Source: Malacoraja senta (taxonomy: Eukaryota). From it: a DNA stretch of 64,000 nucleotides. Positions within the stretch are counted from its first letter, which is position 1. The number at the start of each line of letters is the position of its first letter. The position numbers and the translations under genes were made by a program. This document shows positions 61,671-64,000 of this stretch, piece after piece. The notes under the pieces are model-generated. The model did no database searches. It was given only the letters and a program-made list of their open reading frames with translations, and had not been told where the DNA came from. The stretch covers positions 60,946,001 through 61,010,000 of the forward strand of contig CM075981.1 of assembly GCA_038087875.1 (NCBI GenBank). Reading direction: 5' to 3'.

Positions 61671-62299
61671 CCTTTCCTGCCTCAGCTGACCAGTTATGCT
61701 GGAAGGTCATCATGTCGGCCATGTACTGACAAGGACAAAAGCAGACCCTACAAATCCTGATGTACTAAACGTTACCTTTCGGCCCTTGGCATTCTATGCC
61801 ATGCTGTTTCACATCCTCATTTAAATATTGTTAAATGTTGAGAGAACTTGCCTCTTCCATCTCCTTGGGCAATAAGTTCCAGGTTTCAATCTCCCACTGG
61901 TAAAGAGACAAGCATTTCACTTTTCACCATATGTGTACCTCAATCCAATGTCCCCTTATCCCCTCCATGCCACAGAAAACATACTCAGCCTTTCTACACT
62001 CTCCTTGTTGCTGAAAAGCTTCATCCTAGGTATCATTCTGATAAATCTCCTCTGCACTCCTCCACATACGTTATCTGCCAAGTCTTTGCTCCCGCTATCA
62101 ATTCCCCAGTCGCACCCTTAAGGAATTCCACACTTATCTAAACCATCCTCTTCATCTTTATATATCTATATGTGTTGCTGCTTGTTTTGATATCATGTCA
62201 ATTTACACTTAATCATTTTGTCCTCCATATTAACAGCTTTTCCTGAAATATTCCCAGTCCAATAACTTTTATTATTGTTTGCTTTAATTTTTAATTTAA

Positions 62300-63005
62300 T
62301 CTTTTGCCTTCTTTCCAATTGAATCCCTCTTTCTGGTTTGGATAAATTGCCGGTGAGTATTATGAACTATCTACCACTGCTCATCTTCTGACCTTCGCCT
62401 TTCACCCCCAGTATATTTTAGATAACTCTTTCTCCATACCTTTGTAATTGCCTTTAAGTTGAGGACACTAGAGTTGGACCCAAGGTATTCACCCTCAAAC
62501 AATATATATTTATTTCTCTCATATGATCACTTCTCCCACAGGAACATTACTACAAACTCGCTCATTAATCCTACCTCATTGCACATGACAAACTCTAAAA
62601 TAGCCTGTTCCAGAGTATAATATACACTGTTGCTCTAGAAACAGACCTGGTGCAATTGATTGTTGATAAATCCAATTAATATGCAGATTAAAATTGCTTG
62701 TGTTAATTGCTGTTCCCTTCTGACATGCCATTTATACTTCTACCTATTATGAGGCAACACATTGGGGGGGCAATAGACCACTCCCACCAGTCTGCCTTTA
62801 CCTGCTATCCTTTATTTACACTCCTCTGATTCCACATAACAATCCACTGCATCTATATCATAACTCACCTCTTCACTAATACCTTCCTTAGTTAACAATG
62901 CCACCCACCTCCTTTCTTTTGTTGCCTATTGGAACATTGAAAAACCTGCAATATTGAGTTCCCAGTTCTGGTCACCCCACAACTATATTCCTGTAATAGC
63001 TATCT
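62300..63005 (-). mobile_element. Degenerate CR1 APE-endonuclease fragment
   Basis: Reverse complement gives IAIT...WGDQNWELNIAG, GGVALL, LVGVVY.PPN. Confidence 0.7.
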
Positions 63006-63029
63006 AACATGTAGAGATGTAAAATGCAT

Positions 63030-63600
63030 GTACAGCATGAAACAAGCCCTTCAGCCCAACTCATCCATGCCGAACAAGTTGCCGGATTGAGCTAGTCCCA
63101 CTTGCCTGAACTGGCCCCTATCCCTAAACCTTTCCTATCCATATACCTGTTCAAGTATCTTTTAAATGTTGTAATTGTACCTGCTTCTACCACTTTCTCT
63201 GGCAGCACGTTCCATAACTGTACCACCCTCTGTGTGGAAACAGTTGACCCTCAGATTCCGTTAAATCTCTCCCCTCTCACCTTAAACCTATGCCCTCTGA
63301 TTTTAGATTCGCCTACTCTGGGTAAAGGACTGTTATTCACCTTATCTATGTCCCTCGTGATTTTGTATATATCTATAAGGTCACCCCTCAGCCTCCTACG
63401 TTCCAGAGGAAAAAAGGCTAAGTCCTTGCATATCCTTGTAACTCAAACCTTAAAACTTTGGGAACATCAAGTCTTCTTTTGCACCATTTCCAGTTAATGA
63501 CATTCTTCCTGTAGCAGGATGACCAGGAGCGTACACAGGACTTCAAATTTGCTCCTACCAACGGCTTAAACAACTTTAATGTGACGTCCCGACTCCTATA
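63030..63600 (-). mobile_element. CR1 LINE 3' fragment
   Basis: tacagcatgaaacaagcccttcagccc...cctaaacctttcctatccat...ataaggtcacccctcagcctcc. Confidence 0.85.
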
Positions 63601-64000
63601 CTTATCTCTGTTAGTGCTGTTACTTAATTTGTCTTGTTACAAATGCTGAGTGTATTCAGATAAAGAACCTTGAGCTTTGACTTTAACAATTTAAAGTTAT
63701 TTGGATATCATTTCTGTTGCATACTTTCTGCCCCTTCCTTTGATTTTAACTCGCCTCTTCATTACTTAATTAGTTTTTAATTCCATAAACTTCCCATTAC
63801 TTGAACCGTTCTACACAGTTAGTTTGAAGTTATGTCTATGATCTTGGTTATGCGATTTCCCATAACATTACTCTCAGCACGGTGTAAATAAAACTCATCC
63901 CAGCAGAGCAGCTCTATTCATCCTCCCTCAGTACCCCATGAGCCAGAAATCACTTCTCTCACACCAACCTTTGAGCCATAACTTTACTTCTGCAATCTTA

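Overview
Eukaryotic vertebrate genomic DNA, AT-rich, with one 200-N assembly gap. The repeat content suggests a cartilaginous fish, probably a skate or ray (inference). The window is almost entirely the middle of one + strand gene, BAIAP2L1/IRTKS (I-BAR/IMD, SH3 and PPPDY). Ten GT-AG exons (10465-53970, equivalent to human exons 3-12) splice into one open frame. The first two and last two exons were not found in the window. The introns are packed with transposon debris: CR1, Rex/Babar, L2/CR1-like and L1 LINE pieces, tRNA-derived HE1/V-type SINEs, old Deu-domain-like SINEs, a young 5' half of a Tc1, hAT and Harbinger MITEs, two non-autonomous Helitrons and Penelope-like (PLE) remnants. The most interesting signals are four. 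(1) About 30 short PLE-derived, often fold-back repeats, several with 11-17 bp target duplications, carry a minimal type-I hammerhead-ribozyme-like core (consensus CTGAAGA-A-GGGTC-YY-GACCC-GAAACGTC). (2) A sense-oriented Helitron carries a TATA+Inr core promoter and a splice donor. (3) A 3-kb hAT-like composite contains an intact Tc1 DNA-binding-domain ORF. (4) Inverted SINEs tightly bracket a frame-symmetric exon. Most ORFs in the supplied track are spurious or TE-derived. All family assignments are by eye, and TE boundaries without explicit TSD/TIR evidence are approximate.
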